Origin: Macrostomum lignano
Lineage: Eukaryota
Length of the DNA: 64,000 nt
Reading direction: 5' to 3'
NCBI GenBank assembly: GCA_002269645.1
Contig: NIVC01000641.1
Coordinates: forward strand, 62,001 to 126,000
Made by a program: the position numbers and the translations under genes. Of the stretch, positions 24,601-35,300 are shown in pieces; the first letter of the stretch is position 1, and each line of letters opens with the position of its first letter. Under the pieces are notes generated by a model. The model had not been told where the DNA came from and did no database searches. It saw only the letters and a list, made by a program, of their open reading frames with translations.

Positions 24601-27600
24601 GCCTCATCGTCTTCTTCGCTGCTCTGCTCGCTGCTTCAACCACTGAAGCTGCCGATGTAGCCTCGCCAGACGCTGCCGTGATGGCGGCGCTGAAGCTTGG
24701 CACCGACTACAACAGGGCGGTCCGGCCGCCCCCGGACAATGGCACCGCAAACACTGTGACCTTGGTCATCTTTCTGTTCAGCCTCGTCAATGTGGTGAGT
24801 TGATATTTTCCGAAGCTCTAGGAGACATTGATTTAATTATTACTAGTCCTTGTCGATTTCACAGGACTCTGCGTCTCAGGAAGTGACACTGCAGTTTTCT
24901 CTTTCGAAGGTCAGTACTTGCTTGTATTGATTAGGGGGGAGAGATGCTTTGTCTAACTGGATTTCATTACGAAAAGAACCTGCTATAAAGAAGCTTTTCG
25001 AAACCTTGCCGCAGCAATGGCTCGACGCTCGCCTATCATGGATGACGAAGTCTAATTCGTCATTGGGCAGAGTGCAGAAAATATCCGTTCCCTCAAAAAT
25101 GGTCTGGATACCGGATGTTTCTGTTGACAATGTGTAAGTTGAGGCCCCGTTTTCTGAATCTCGCGGCAATTTAATAATGATGTTTCCGTATCTATTACAG
25201 GTTGGGGATAAAGGATATTTCACTGGATGAGCCACCTGTTTCAGTTTTTAACTATGGCTTGGTTCGACACGAGAAAGTGCTGCTTGTCACGTTTAAGTGT
25301 CAGATGGAGATGCAATATTTTCCGTTTGACAGTCAGAAATGCGGCTTTAGCATCAGGTCTAAAAATTCACCTGACCAAACAAAGCTGAAGATATATTTCG
25401 ACAGAGACTTTCCTCCGGAAAAATACTTGTCAAGGAACAACGAATTCTGCATCAAGAGAGTATTTTTAGAGGAGCATCGATTGGATGTAGTTGATGCAGT
25501 TATTCTTGTGCTTAAATTTCAGGTAAGAAATCATTATGTTCGCTAAACTTTCTAAGGATGATTTCGTAGCTCAGCGGTAAAATGTGTCTGACTCTCGCAA
25601 CAACACGGGTTCGATTCCGTGATTCTCACACCTGTGATAATCAATATCAAAGGCGCAGAGAATGTACCTGTCTCAAATCTGACGATTAGCAAGTCAGCTG
25701 GCCGCTGTACAGCCTGTGTGAGCGTGCTGTATGAGTGCGTCACTGTGCACAGTATTGGTGCGTGCTTGCATGTGCTCAGGAGTCAGCGGAGATGTCACTG
25801 AAGGCGTTGCGCCAGGGTGTCCACAGCATCCTGCGATTATTATTATTGACTTACGGGACTTCAGGCTTCTTTCAACCTATAGAGCCTATCTATAACTCAT
25901 ATGAAATACACATTTTAGCCCACTCATTAGAGCCGAAAGTAGGATCGTGGACCTGATGATTCAATCATTAAATGCAAACGTAGATTAGTTTATACACATT
26001 TACCATTTGATTTTAGCTCTAGGGACTGTGCAAGTTGCTAAACTTCGCGCGGAACTGATCATTTCGCGCGTTCAAAAAGCCTCGGTAGTCTTTTGAATGG
26101 ACCAATTTGAACACATCGACCTGAAAATATTTGATTGCATTGCTTCTTTTAAGAGACGGTCGGCGTTCTACGTGACGAACCTGCTCTTTCCGAGCATCCT
26201 CCTGCTCGCCATCTCTGCATTCGCATTCCGAATGCCTCCAGACTGCGGTGAGCGAGTCTCCTTCAGCATCACAATCGTGCTGTCGATGTGCGTGTTCCTG
26301 CAGCTGGCTGGCAACTACACGCCCACGCAGAGCGAGTCCGTACCACTCATCAGTGAGTCGCGAGATATTCGTTCTGCTGACCAAATCTCTGTACGTACAT
26401 GTACGCTCATGTGGTCACAATTTCCATTGCAGCTTGGTACTTCAGCATCGCAGCAGTGATGACAATTCTGAACGCGCTTTGCAACATATTCGTGCTGAGG
26501 TGTCACTCCAAGCAGCACAACAGCGCTCACGTCAGCAACCGGCTGATCCGTGCTCTATTCCTTAACCGACTCGTGACTGGGAGGAAACCACAGGTGCATG
26601 CTGCTCAAGATACAGCTGACCAGACTGAGGTCTCTGATGGAGACATCCCGCCAAGTCCCCTGCAAGACAATGAGTGGAGCATTGTTGTAGCGTCAGCCGA
26701 CAAAGTGTTCTTTGCGATGAACGTCTTCGTCACTGTGATTACAGCCATACTCACGACTGTATTTGCAATCAGTGCATATTCGGACAATTGCATTGAAGGA
26801 ACCTACTCTTCGGTGGTTGATTTGGTCAAAGATGAATAATTTCTCCTTGTTTATGCTATCATTAACCACGATAGAAATATTTTGCCATCGCTAGCAAAGG
26901 TGGTCTGGTCACAATTTTGGATGATGAATTTCGATAAAGAACTGCTCTAAAATTTTACGTCTGGTCCCTTAATTTGTGCCAGGTGTCAAAATGCGTAGAA
27001 AAGACGGAATTTTACAATGAAATATCAAAAACGGAAATTCGATACCTCTTTTGTATTCGAAAAATCTCAAAAAAACATCCAAAACGGCCCTTTTTCAGTG
27101 AAAATGTAACCCGCAAAAATAAGCAACTGCTGTATGTAGCAAACAATCTAATTAACTTAGATGATTAAAATCACAGGGAAATTATAGAATGATATTTGGA
27201 TTTTTGTTTAAATGCGTCAATTTTTATCTGCCCGTAATACCCAATTGAAGTACTAATTATGTACGAAATTTGGTTTTTTGCAGATAGCTCGAAAACTTTG
27301 CATACAAACGTATTGCGAAAATACTCCCATGCACTAAATCTATCAATTATCTACAAAATGGCACCTTATGTATCCACGGATTGAATGAAAACTGAGGGAG
27401 CAGGATGAGGGCGTGGGGGGCGGAGACAAAACAGTTTTTTTGGGGGCGGAGTTTTTCTTTGGGGGCGGAGTTTTTCTTTGGGGGCGGAGCCTTTAAAACT
27501 CAAACTTAAAGGAGACAAAGTTTTATTCTATGGCAAGATATACCGAGCATAGAAACAATTTAGTGCGCTTTCGATGTTTTTCTGTCTAATTTGAGGAAAT

Positions 27601-27944
27601 GTTCAGACTCCTGAATGCCGTTTTTTTATAGACTGGCTTTTACAAAAACTGACAGATCAACAACAGTAAGCCGCGATTAACTGATTGCGGACTGCGTTTG
27701 GCATTAACTACTGTCCCTATGAAATGATGCCCCCCGCGTCTCCCTGACAACTACTGCATTGACCGCCCGGCACTCACATCTGAGGGAATAGTTCCGGGTG
27801 TCGCAGCAGCTGGAATTCATTGCACCGTCCGACAAAGATGGCCATGAGCGATGCTTCATCAGGCAGCTGGGCCTGCTGAATGGGTAGGAAGTGAAGCACA
27901 ACCAGCAGCAGCAGTGGCAGCAAAACAGACTCCCTTGCTATCAT
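18680..27944 (-). CDS. ADP-ribosyl cyclase / NAD(P)+ glycohydrolase (CD38/CD157/SmNACE family), signal peptide and probable GPI anchor, about 327 aa, 7 exons
   Basis: Exons 27944-27778, 22848-22713, 21967-21880, 21656-21493, 19774-19701, 19144-18950 and 18839-18680 are all phase-compatible. Motifs: FVGRC..FQ, NCSRLWEEF, FWSG, PLEETLIGF (TLEDTL signature), DWC, FWIAAS, VLLNAS, FGQFEL (catalytic Glu), ten family-position cysteines and a hydrophobic C-terminal tail. Confidence 0.9.
19205..19640. repeat. 30-bp intronic minisatellite (CCCACCTGTCTAATTATAAACCCCAGCCTC)n
   Basis: About 14 copies filling most of intron 5 of the cyclase gene. Confidence 0.95.
20330..21450. repeat. 43-bp intronic minisatellite, about 26 copies
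   Basis: Unit CAGAGACACTGCCACACCAATCGGTACTCAGCAATGCACTCAG in cyclase intron 4. It explains three ORFs of about 385 aa. Confidence 0.96.
22445..22651 (-). mobile_element. tRNA-derived SINE
   Basis: The minus strand shows A-box TAGCCTAGTGG, a degenerate B-box GGTTCTTTCC, then GTGTCCTTGAGCAAGACACTTAAC...CACCCAGCTGTAAAATGGG, a body typical of metazoan SINE2 elements. Confidence 0.8.
23585..23781 (+). repeat. Dispersed repeat of about 200 bp, copy 1 (copy 2 at 26911-27131)
   Basis: Shared text GAATTTCGATAAAG...TTTGTGCCAGGTGTCAAAATGCGTAGAAAAG...GAAAATGTAACCCGCAAAAATAAGCAACTGCT. Confidence 0.9.
24585..26839 (+). CDS. Divergent nicotinic acetylcholine receptor-like Cys-loop channel subunit (cation-type TM2), about 433 aa, 6 exons
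   Basis: Exons 24585-24794, 24865-24909, 25015-25133, 25201-25522, 26154-26352 and 26433-26839. Signal peptide, YNRAVRP, QWLDARLSW, WIPDV, Cys-loop CQMEMQYFPFDSQKC, RRSAFY-TM1, PPDCGERVSFSIT-TM2, TM3 and TM4. Confidence 0.93.
25560..25810 (+). mobile_element. tRNA-derived SINE in intron 4 of the Cys-loop gene
   Basis: A-box TAGCTCAGCGG (25567-25577), B-box GGTTCGATTCC (25608-25618), then the GGCCGCTGTACA..GTGAGCGTG body shared with other copies. Confidence 0.75.
26911..27131 (+). repeat. Dispersed repeat of about 200 bp, copy 2
   Basis: Same orientation as 23585-23781, with an insertion of about 24 nt. Starts 72 nt after the Cys-loop stop codon. Confidence 0.9.
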
Positions 27945-28518
27945 GCTTTCTAAGATGCAAACCAGTTTCTGTTTTATGTCAAAAGCACTGAAAAACTGTT
28001 AAGGTTTGCCACTGCTTTCACGTACCGAATAAAGCAATATGTCGGGGTCTGTTGGAGCAATCGGCCCGCGACTAACATTAAAGTGGCGAATACATTAACT
28101 TTGTAGCCTGACCAATGCACAAAAAGAGGACATGCAGATTAGATTATTTGATATACCGTACCTTGTTGCATAAACAGTTTTGCACAGGCGCCAGTCTACA
28201 AATGGAATTATGCGAGAGAGAAAGCGAACTTAGTCAGCAGCAGCTACAAGTGCGACTTTCGCATACCCACGAGCTGAAAAATGGGGGGGGGCATTAGGAG
28301 CCGATAGCTCAGGGTTGATAGTTGCGTACCACACCCAGGAATGTTGAGAGTGATTGCTGACACTACTGACAGTGCCCAAGGTCAGTAGTAAGTATAGTTA
28401 TTTATTAACCAAACTAAAGATATCTGTTTATTTACATTTTATTGTTTAACCATTCTAACATCATCGCGAAGATTTTAAGCGGAACTCCTGAAGCAGTACC
28501 TCCGCAAGTGTAATTTCC

Positions 28519-28860
28519 GGGAGCAGTAGCCCAGTGGTCCAGGGCGGCGTTCCGATGTCCCAGCGGCCCAGGCTCGATTCCAAGTGCAGTCACATTAATT
28601 TGGAGCTAAATTAGAATCTCGGCTTGGCTCTGCTCGTGCAATTAACGCCATTTAGGGCCAACCCCCTCAAGGCACAGGGAAGTGTACATGCCTAACGATA
28701 AATAAAGTTAGGGCCACTGTGCACTCCTGTGTGAGTGTGTGCCTGTGCGTATGACTGCGTACGTATCCGCGCGCTTGTGTGCCTGATCAGGGGAGTCGAC
28801 GGAATGGGCAGTAATGCCTCTCGCCTTCAAGATCGTCGTCACCAAAACGGCACTTAATCA
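28519..28860 (+). mobile_element. tRNA-derived SINE (same family as 62262-62583)
   Basis: A-box TAGCCCAGTGG (28527-28537) and B-box GGCTCGATTCC (28571-28581). The body is colinear with the reverse-strand copy at 62.3-62.6 kb. Confidence 0.85.
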
Positions 28861-29417
28861 CCGCGCCGACCTAGTCCGTTCAAGCGACGTGTGCTATATC
28901 TTGACGTTGACGGCACCCTACAAGAGCGGACAAACGCGCATTCGGCGCTTTATCGACTGCCGCTGGCTGATGCCGGCGCCCCGGACTCTGTCCTACCTGA
29001 CAGAGAGAAGCGCCCAGGCCCTGGGGCGCGCACTGTGACACTGCCATTGACAGAAAGAAATAGTGTCAAATATTATCAAATAAAATAGGCCTCGAACATT
29101 TAAGTGCAAAATTGGAAGACTATTATTTCTATTAACTTACTAAAATTTATTGATTTATAGTGTAAAGGAATGATTAACAATGCCTGTATGTGTCTACAAT
29201 TAATGTTAGAAAAGGAATACAGTTGTGTTCGATTGCGTGTGCTCAGTAAAAACAGCCACTACTTTGAGTTGAATCACCAGGACAGTCTAGCAATTAAGGC
29301 GCCAAAGCATTCTTGGATCATTCTTGGATATTGCTAGTGACAACAATAGTGTTGAATCAGATGTAACTGCAAATCAATATTAGATCAACTTTGTCAAGCA
29401 TAATTCATTAAGCTTCA

Positions 29418-29816
29418 TCATTCGTCTTTAACGTCGCCAACAGCGGCTACAGCCTCAATCTCCACCAGGGCCTGCTTGGGCAAGCCAGCTGCCTGGTAGC
29501 AGGCCCTGGCTGGGAATGGCTCGCTGAAATGCTTGGCGTAGATGGCGTTCACCCTGGCAAAGTCGTTCATATCGGCCAGCAGCACCGTGGTCTTCACCAC
29601 CTTGCTCATGTCTGAGCCGGCCGCTTTCAGCACAGCCGCCATGTTAATTAGCACCTGCTCAGCCTGCGACTCAACATCTGGCCCGGCCATCTGCATGGTG
29701 GCAGGGTTGAGGCCGATCTGACCAGACATGTACAGAGTCTGGCCGAGCTGCACTGCCTGGCTGTATGGCCCAACTGCAGCGGGAGCAGATGTGGTTGCAA
29801 TGATTTTGCGAAGCAT
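29418..29816 (-). CDS. RIDA: RidA/YjgF/UK114 family 2-iminobutanoate/2-iminopropanoate deaminase, 132 aa, intronless
   Basis: APAAVGPYSQAV, YMSGQIG, VVKTTVLLADMNDFARVNAIY, PARACYQ (catalytic Arg) and LPKQALVEIEAVA. Confidence 0.95.
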   Translation of the reverse strand: MLRKIIATTSAPAAVGPYSQAVQLGQTLYMSGQIGLNPATMQMAGPDVESQAEQVLINMAAVLKAAGSDMSKVVKTTVLLADMNDFARVNAIYAKHFSEPFPARACYQAAGLPKQALVEIEAVAAVGDVKDE

Positions 29817-31716
29817 TCTATTCAGTCAGTAGCGCCCTGGCCTGGCTTGCTGAAGTAGTCAGTTTTGAAAAGATTCTGATTTTTTAATCAGTAAAACAAA
29901 CAATGATTAGAAATTAAATGAACCTTCAATTAAATATTTAGCATTTAGTAAGTATATTATTAGCCCAAATATAAGATTAAAATGATGCTGAAAAATTAAA
30001 AATATTCTTGTACTTGAGCAAAACATTCTATCCTTAAATAAAATTGAATATGAAGTTTAGATAAAACCACTTGGATAAAAATGAGAGTTTTATTGACTAT
30101 AAAAGTTAAATTAAATTATAAATTATCTACCTTGTCTTTTGCTACTTGAATTCATGATAATAGCTGCCAATAAACCTATTTTGAATATTCATCTGAGGCA
30201 TAGCTTTTTGTTTTGCTTCCATTTTTAGGTTGGCTTTGTCATAATATGCATAATCATGCTATAAATATTTGTCTTGTATACAAATTTTCAGATTTAGAAA
30301 AACAATAGAAATCAAATATATTCACATAAAAATTCTATCTAACTTAAAAAAAATTTTCCATATAGGAAACATATTATATCTCAAAAAAATTTAAAACAAC
30401 TATAACAAATATTTTATTTTACACCTAAAAAATTGAGTAGGATAATTCTGACAGCCTATAATACTAAGTTTCTACAAAATAAGTATCAAAGGTCCAGAAA
30501 TTTCTTGAGCAGGGCAAAAAGATATAAAAATAAAATTTTGGCTCAGCTGAACAAAGAATGGCCTCTTGCCCCTATTTCTGGATCTGTCAGTCAATGAGCT
30601 GAGGAGCATAGTTTAAATGTGTAAATTGCATTTATATTCGAAACAAAATAACCATTTCACTTTTTGCAGCGAAATCCCTTCATGGAATTATCGTATGTAT
30701 ATAAAGATACTTATTCTAAAACTTAAAGAATCCCCTCTTCAAGTGTTTACCGCCCGTTTTATAAATTGATAGAACACGGAAAAGTTAAATAGACAGGCTG
30801 GTTTAAACAGAATTTTTTTTATTGTTTTTGAAAGGCAATATTTATTTTATATTTTTTATCGTTAGCAAAAGCGTAATCAATTCAGCCTGAGATGCTATTA
30901 TTACTGCTTCGTTGTTGAATTTGTTAAAGTTACTTAAGTATTTACACTGACGATGAAGATTTCGAATTAGCCATAAGTTTCCTTTTTGAACCCGGCTGCC
31001 TTCAGGTGTTTCTTTTCTTATTTTCCTATTTTTTTATAAAATTTGCGAAAAAAATCTCCTCTAAAATTCTTTTAAAATATATCTATATAAAAAACAAGTA
31101 CTTTTAGTTTTCTTTAGTTCTTTGATAACGAATTTATCTATTGTTTTGGTTTTGGACAAAGAAATTTATAGCGAAAAGTCAAAGGGACGAAAAATAACAT
31201 AGTATGAAAAAATTACTATCGTCTTTAGCGAAGTAAAGCGAATGAATGATGACTGTTAAAAGAAAAGGTAAATTTATTGTTCTTGAATATTTATAGCATA
31301 AGTATTCGAAAGTGTGCATAGTTTTGCCTTTTTGGCTTTTCTGTTCTCTGAAGTTTGTTATACAATCGTACAGACTCTACAGACTGCTTCTATGCTGCTT
31401 CTATACTTCTAGACTCCCGAATGTTTTTATTTTGATTTATGCAATCTATTAAAATTGAGTTCATACCTCAATGATGCTTTAGTAGTCGCATTTATAGCTG
31501 ACAGTACGCATCTTCTGACAAATTTCGCTCAATATTTTGAGACTACGGATATTATCTGACTGTGTCTGACTTATGTACTGTAATTGACAATTCCCATGAC
31601 TTTTAAAAGTAAAATCATTGCTGTCCAGTTTAAAGTTTTATAAAATTGATTTATCAAATTTCATATGCAGCTTTTTAAAAAAATTTCACATTTTATTTGT
31701 TTTATATAAATATATA

Positions 31717-32108
31717 CAGGGTGTCCCATTAGTAACTTTACAACTTGTTTCGTGAATAACTTTGTGATTAATGCTTGGATCCCAACCAGATTTTAGCATA
31801 GGAAAATATATAGAGGGGGGATTTTTTTGACACCAAAAGCATGTTCATATCAGGCCCAGATTTCGCCTGAGACGCTTACCAAAGCCCTGCTGGACTTTCC
31901 GCGGCGGCTGGAGGCCTGCCTTACAAACGGCGGTGGCCACATCGAAGGACCCTGAACGGACTGTATTTTTTAACGTATGAACATGCTTTTGGTGTCAAAA
32001 AAATCCCTTTTCTATATATTTTCCTATGCTAAAATCTTGTTGGGATCCAAGCATTAATCACAAAGTTATTCACGAAACAAGTTGTAAAGTTACTTATGGG
32101 ACACCCTG
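31717..32108 (+). mobile_element. Non-autonomous Tc1/mariner element (MITE-like), 392 bp
   Basis: 133-bp TIRs (31717-31849 and 31976-32108) begin CAGGGTGTCCC and are flanked by TA on both sides. The interior 31854-31955 encodes a transposase C-terminus, AQISPETLTKALLDFPRRLEACLTNGGGHIEGP*. Confidence 0.92.
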
Positions 32109-32395
32109 TACATAGCATTAAAAGTTGAAGTCTAAATGTCAGCTAAGTTATGCTTCTTTCGATAATTCGAATTCAGATAGGAGAAGAAACTGAATATAAA
32201 GAATATGCCCTCGCTGTAATACCAGACCTCTGTTACGCGAATATTTGAACAATTACTGACGCTTAAAACATACTGAACATACAGTAGAAGCTCCATACTT
32301 TTGTTACATGTAGAAATTACAGGATAAAAGTAATATTCAACAATTTTCAAATCGACAACCCTAATTTAATGGTACCCTTAATTTTGTGCTCCCAG

Positions 32396-35300
32396 ACTTT
32401 CAAAAGACAGCGGCCTACATTCACCAGTTCCTATTGAAGCTGGACTTCACGCCGGAATGCGCCGAAGTTCGCGACGCTCTCAACCTGGCTCTTCTGTACA
32501 TGCAGAAGTACTACCGCTCCATGCGCAGGCGGGTGGAGACCCGCGGCAGGGAGACGCCGTCACTTCAGAGCGGCGCTTCCTCGGCTCGAGGCCTGCAGTC
32601 GCCGATGACGCCGTTCAGCGACTCGCCGGACAAGTTCCAGTGGCGCTGGCCGGAGGTCGACAGTCGAAGATTCGGCAACGTGGCCGCAACGCAGGACTCC
32701 GGCATGCAGAGCGGCGCGCCGCTGTCCGTGACGGTCAGCCGGAATGGCGATCTCGAGACGCTGAAAACGCTGTTTAAAAAAGGTGAGCTGCACTTTTCTC
32801 CACAACGAAAATAATTAATATTTTCCTCTAGAGAAGAATTCTAGCATCATGGGATTACGGTTTCCAAAGCTTTTCGAAAGCCTGATCGGCTGCAAATATA
32901 AAGTTAATATAAATACTCGCAGGAGGACTGTCGGGATGTGGTTTTGGGATGACGACACCGAATGGGGGGCAATGCTGCCCATCACATGACTCCTGAGCAC
33001 CAGTGTTGGGCAAGTTACTCAAAAAAGCAACTTGCATTACTGTAACTTAAGTTACCAATTTTTAAAAAGTAACTTACGTTAGCCTAGCTAGTAACTTTAG
33101 ACAAAAACCTGGTAACTTTTAAGTTACTGTCCGTTACTCACTTCCGATACCCATGTTATTACCAAAATTTTCACATTGCACATTTTTTCACATTGTTGTT
33201 ACCGAAATTTGCCATTGGGCAGTGGGATTAACCGATTAACAGACAGAGACAGGAATTGGTGACACGATGTGAGGCAAGTAGAAGGACCAATGGGCAATGG
33301 CAATCAATAATGAAAATTATAAATGATAAAATAAACGAATATCAATAATTCAATAGAGTAAAATAAATAGAACCGTATAAAATGGTGTAGTGTACTGCAG
33401 TGCCAGTGGAGGGACTTGTGGAGGCTACAGGTGAATTTCTCTCTTTGGTTGTTTGTTTGAATCAAACTTGAAAATTTTTAGTAACGAAAATGAAAGGCGA
33501 AAATATTTTACCGAAATTAACAAAGTAAAACATGTTTCAAGTATTTCTTCATTAAATAAGCGCAATACCATGATACTATTCACTTAATTTTGAATTTAGG
33601 AATGAAAAATGCAAAAACATGTGACAACCGGCGTACTAGCTAAGCATTTCAGTTTCAAATTTAAATATTGCGATTGTTGCAAAGTAACTGTAATGGACTT
33701 TCGAAATTTAGTAACTTACCGTTACTCCGTTACTAAAATAAAAAAGTAACTTTAAAAAGGAACGCTTTACGAAAAAGTAACTTGCGTTACCATTTGCAAG
33801 TTACTCGGTAATGGAAGTGCCCAACACTGCTGTGCGCATACAAGCGCGCGAATACTGTACACAGTCACGCACTCGTGCACACGCTCATTCAGGGTGTACA
33901 GCGGCCGTAAATTTATAATCTTCGAATGTTCGAGTATAATGTTCGAGTATAGGTATTCGTACTTCAATTGTCCTGTTAAAAATACATGCAAAACCAGTGT
34001 TACCAGCTTACTAATCATAATCAATGCGTCTATACGCTTTCCTTTAAAATACATCGCTGTCCATTTGGCTAGAGTATTTCGTGTCACATTGGAGAGACAC
34101 CAAGGGAGAGACGATCAGACAGAGCTAATTGCCTAGTAAAGCTTTACTCATACTCGGTGCGATGATGAGTATGTTGCTAGATGGAGCGTGAGCATTAGCC
34201 AGCTGCCGACTTTGAACTGCATGATAGGCACAAAAATTCAAGCCAAACATTGTAAAAGACTCGAAATTGGCTTGAGAATCTAATCAAATTCATTTCCAGA
34301 CCCTCGCACCATTGACGAGCCCGACTGTTTCGGCCGCAGTCCGCTGATGCACGCGGCGCAGCACAACCAGTTCGCCGTGGCCGAGTGGCTGCTCCGCTCC
34401 GGGGCCAACGTCAACGCCTGCGCGCACGGTTCGATACCTGAATACTACTATTAGTATCTTGATTATTTAGTCTGTTTAGGGTTGCTACTTTTATACAAAT
34501 GAAACTCAAATCCACTCCTCTGATTCCACAACAGGCCACTCTGATTCCACAACAGGCCACTCTGAATCCACAATGGGCCACTCTGAATCCACAACAGGCC
34601 ACTCTGAATCCAGAATAGATCACTTTAATTCCACAACAGGCCACTCTGAATCCACAACAGGCCACTCTTAATCGACAACAGGCCACTCTGAATCCACAAC
34701 AAGCCAGTCTGAATCCACAACAAGCCAGTCCGAATCCACAACAAGCCAGTCTGAATCCACAACAAGCCAGTCTGAATCCACAACAAGCGTGTCTGAATCC
34801 ACAACAGCTACTCTGAATCCACAACAAGCCAGTCTGAATCCAGAATAGGTCACTCTAAATCCACAACAGGCCACTCTGAATCCACAACAAGCCAGTCTGA
34901 ATCCACAACAAGCCAGTCTGAATCCACAACAAGCCAGTCTGAATCCACAACAAGCCAGTCTGAATCCACAACAAGCCAGTCTGAATCCACAACAAGCCAG
35001 TCTGAATCCACAACAAGCCAGTCTGAATCCACAACAAGCCTGTCTGATTCTACAGACGCCCCGCCCCACCCCAACCCTCCAGACCGGTCAACGGCCCTTC
35101 ACGTGGCGATCAGCCGTGGCCACGCGGACCTGGCGGAGCTGCTGGTAAAGTACGAAGCCAGCCCAGACGAGCGGGACGTGCTGGGCCGGGCGCCCATGCA
35201 CTGGTCGGTGACGTCAACCAGCACCGAGTGCTTGAAGCTGCTTTTGCGCCACCGGGCGGATCCGCGGGTTCGGGACGCGGACCAGGCCACGCCGGCGATG

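Noticed and set aside
25560-25625. Possible tRNA genes (also 28519-28585, 22590-22651, 62515-62583)
   Set aside because: A and B boxes are present but I could not fold a cloverleaf, and each continues into a shared repeat body. They are SINE heads.
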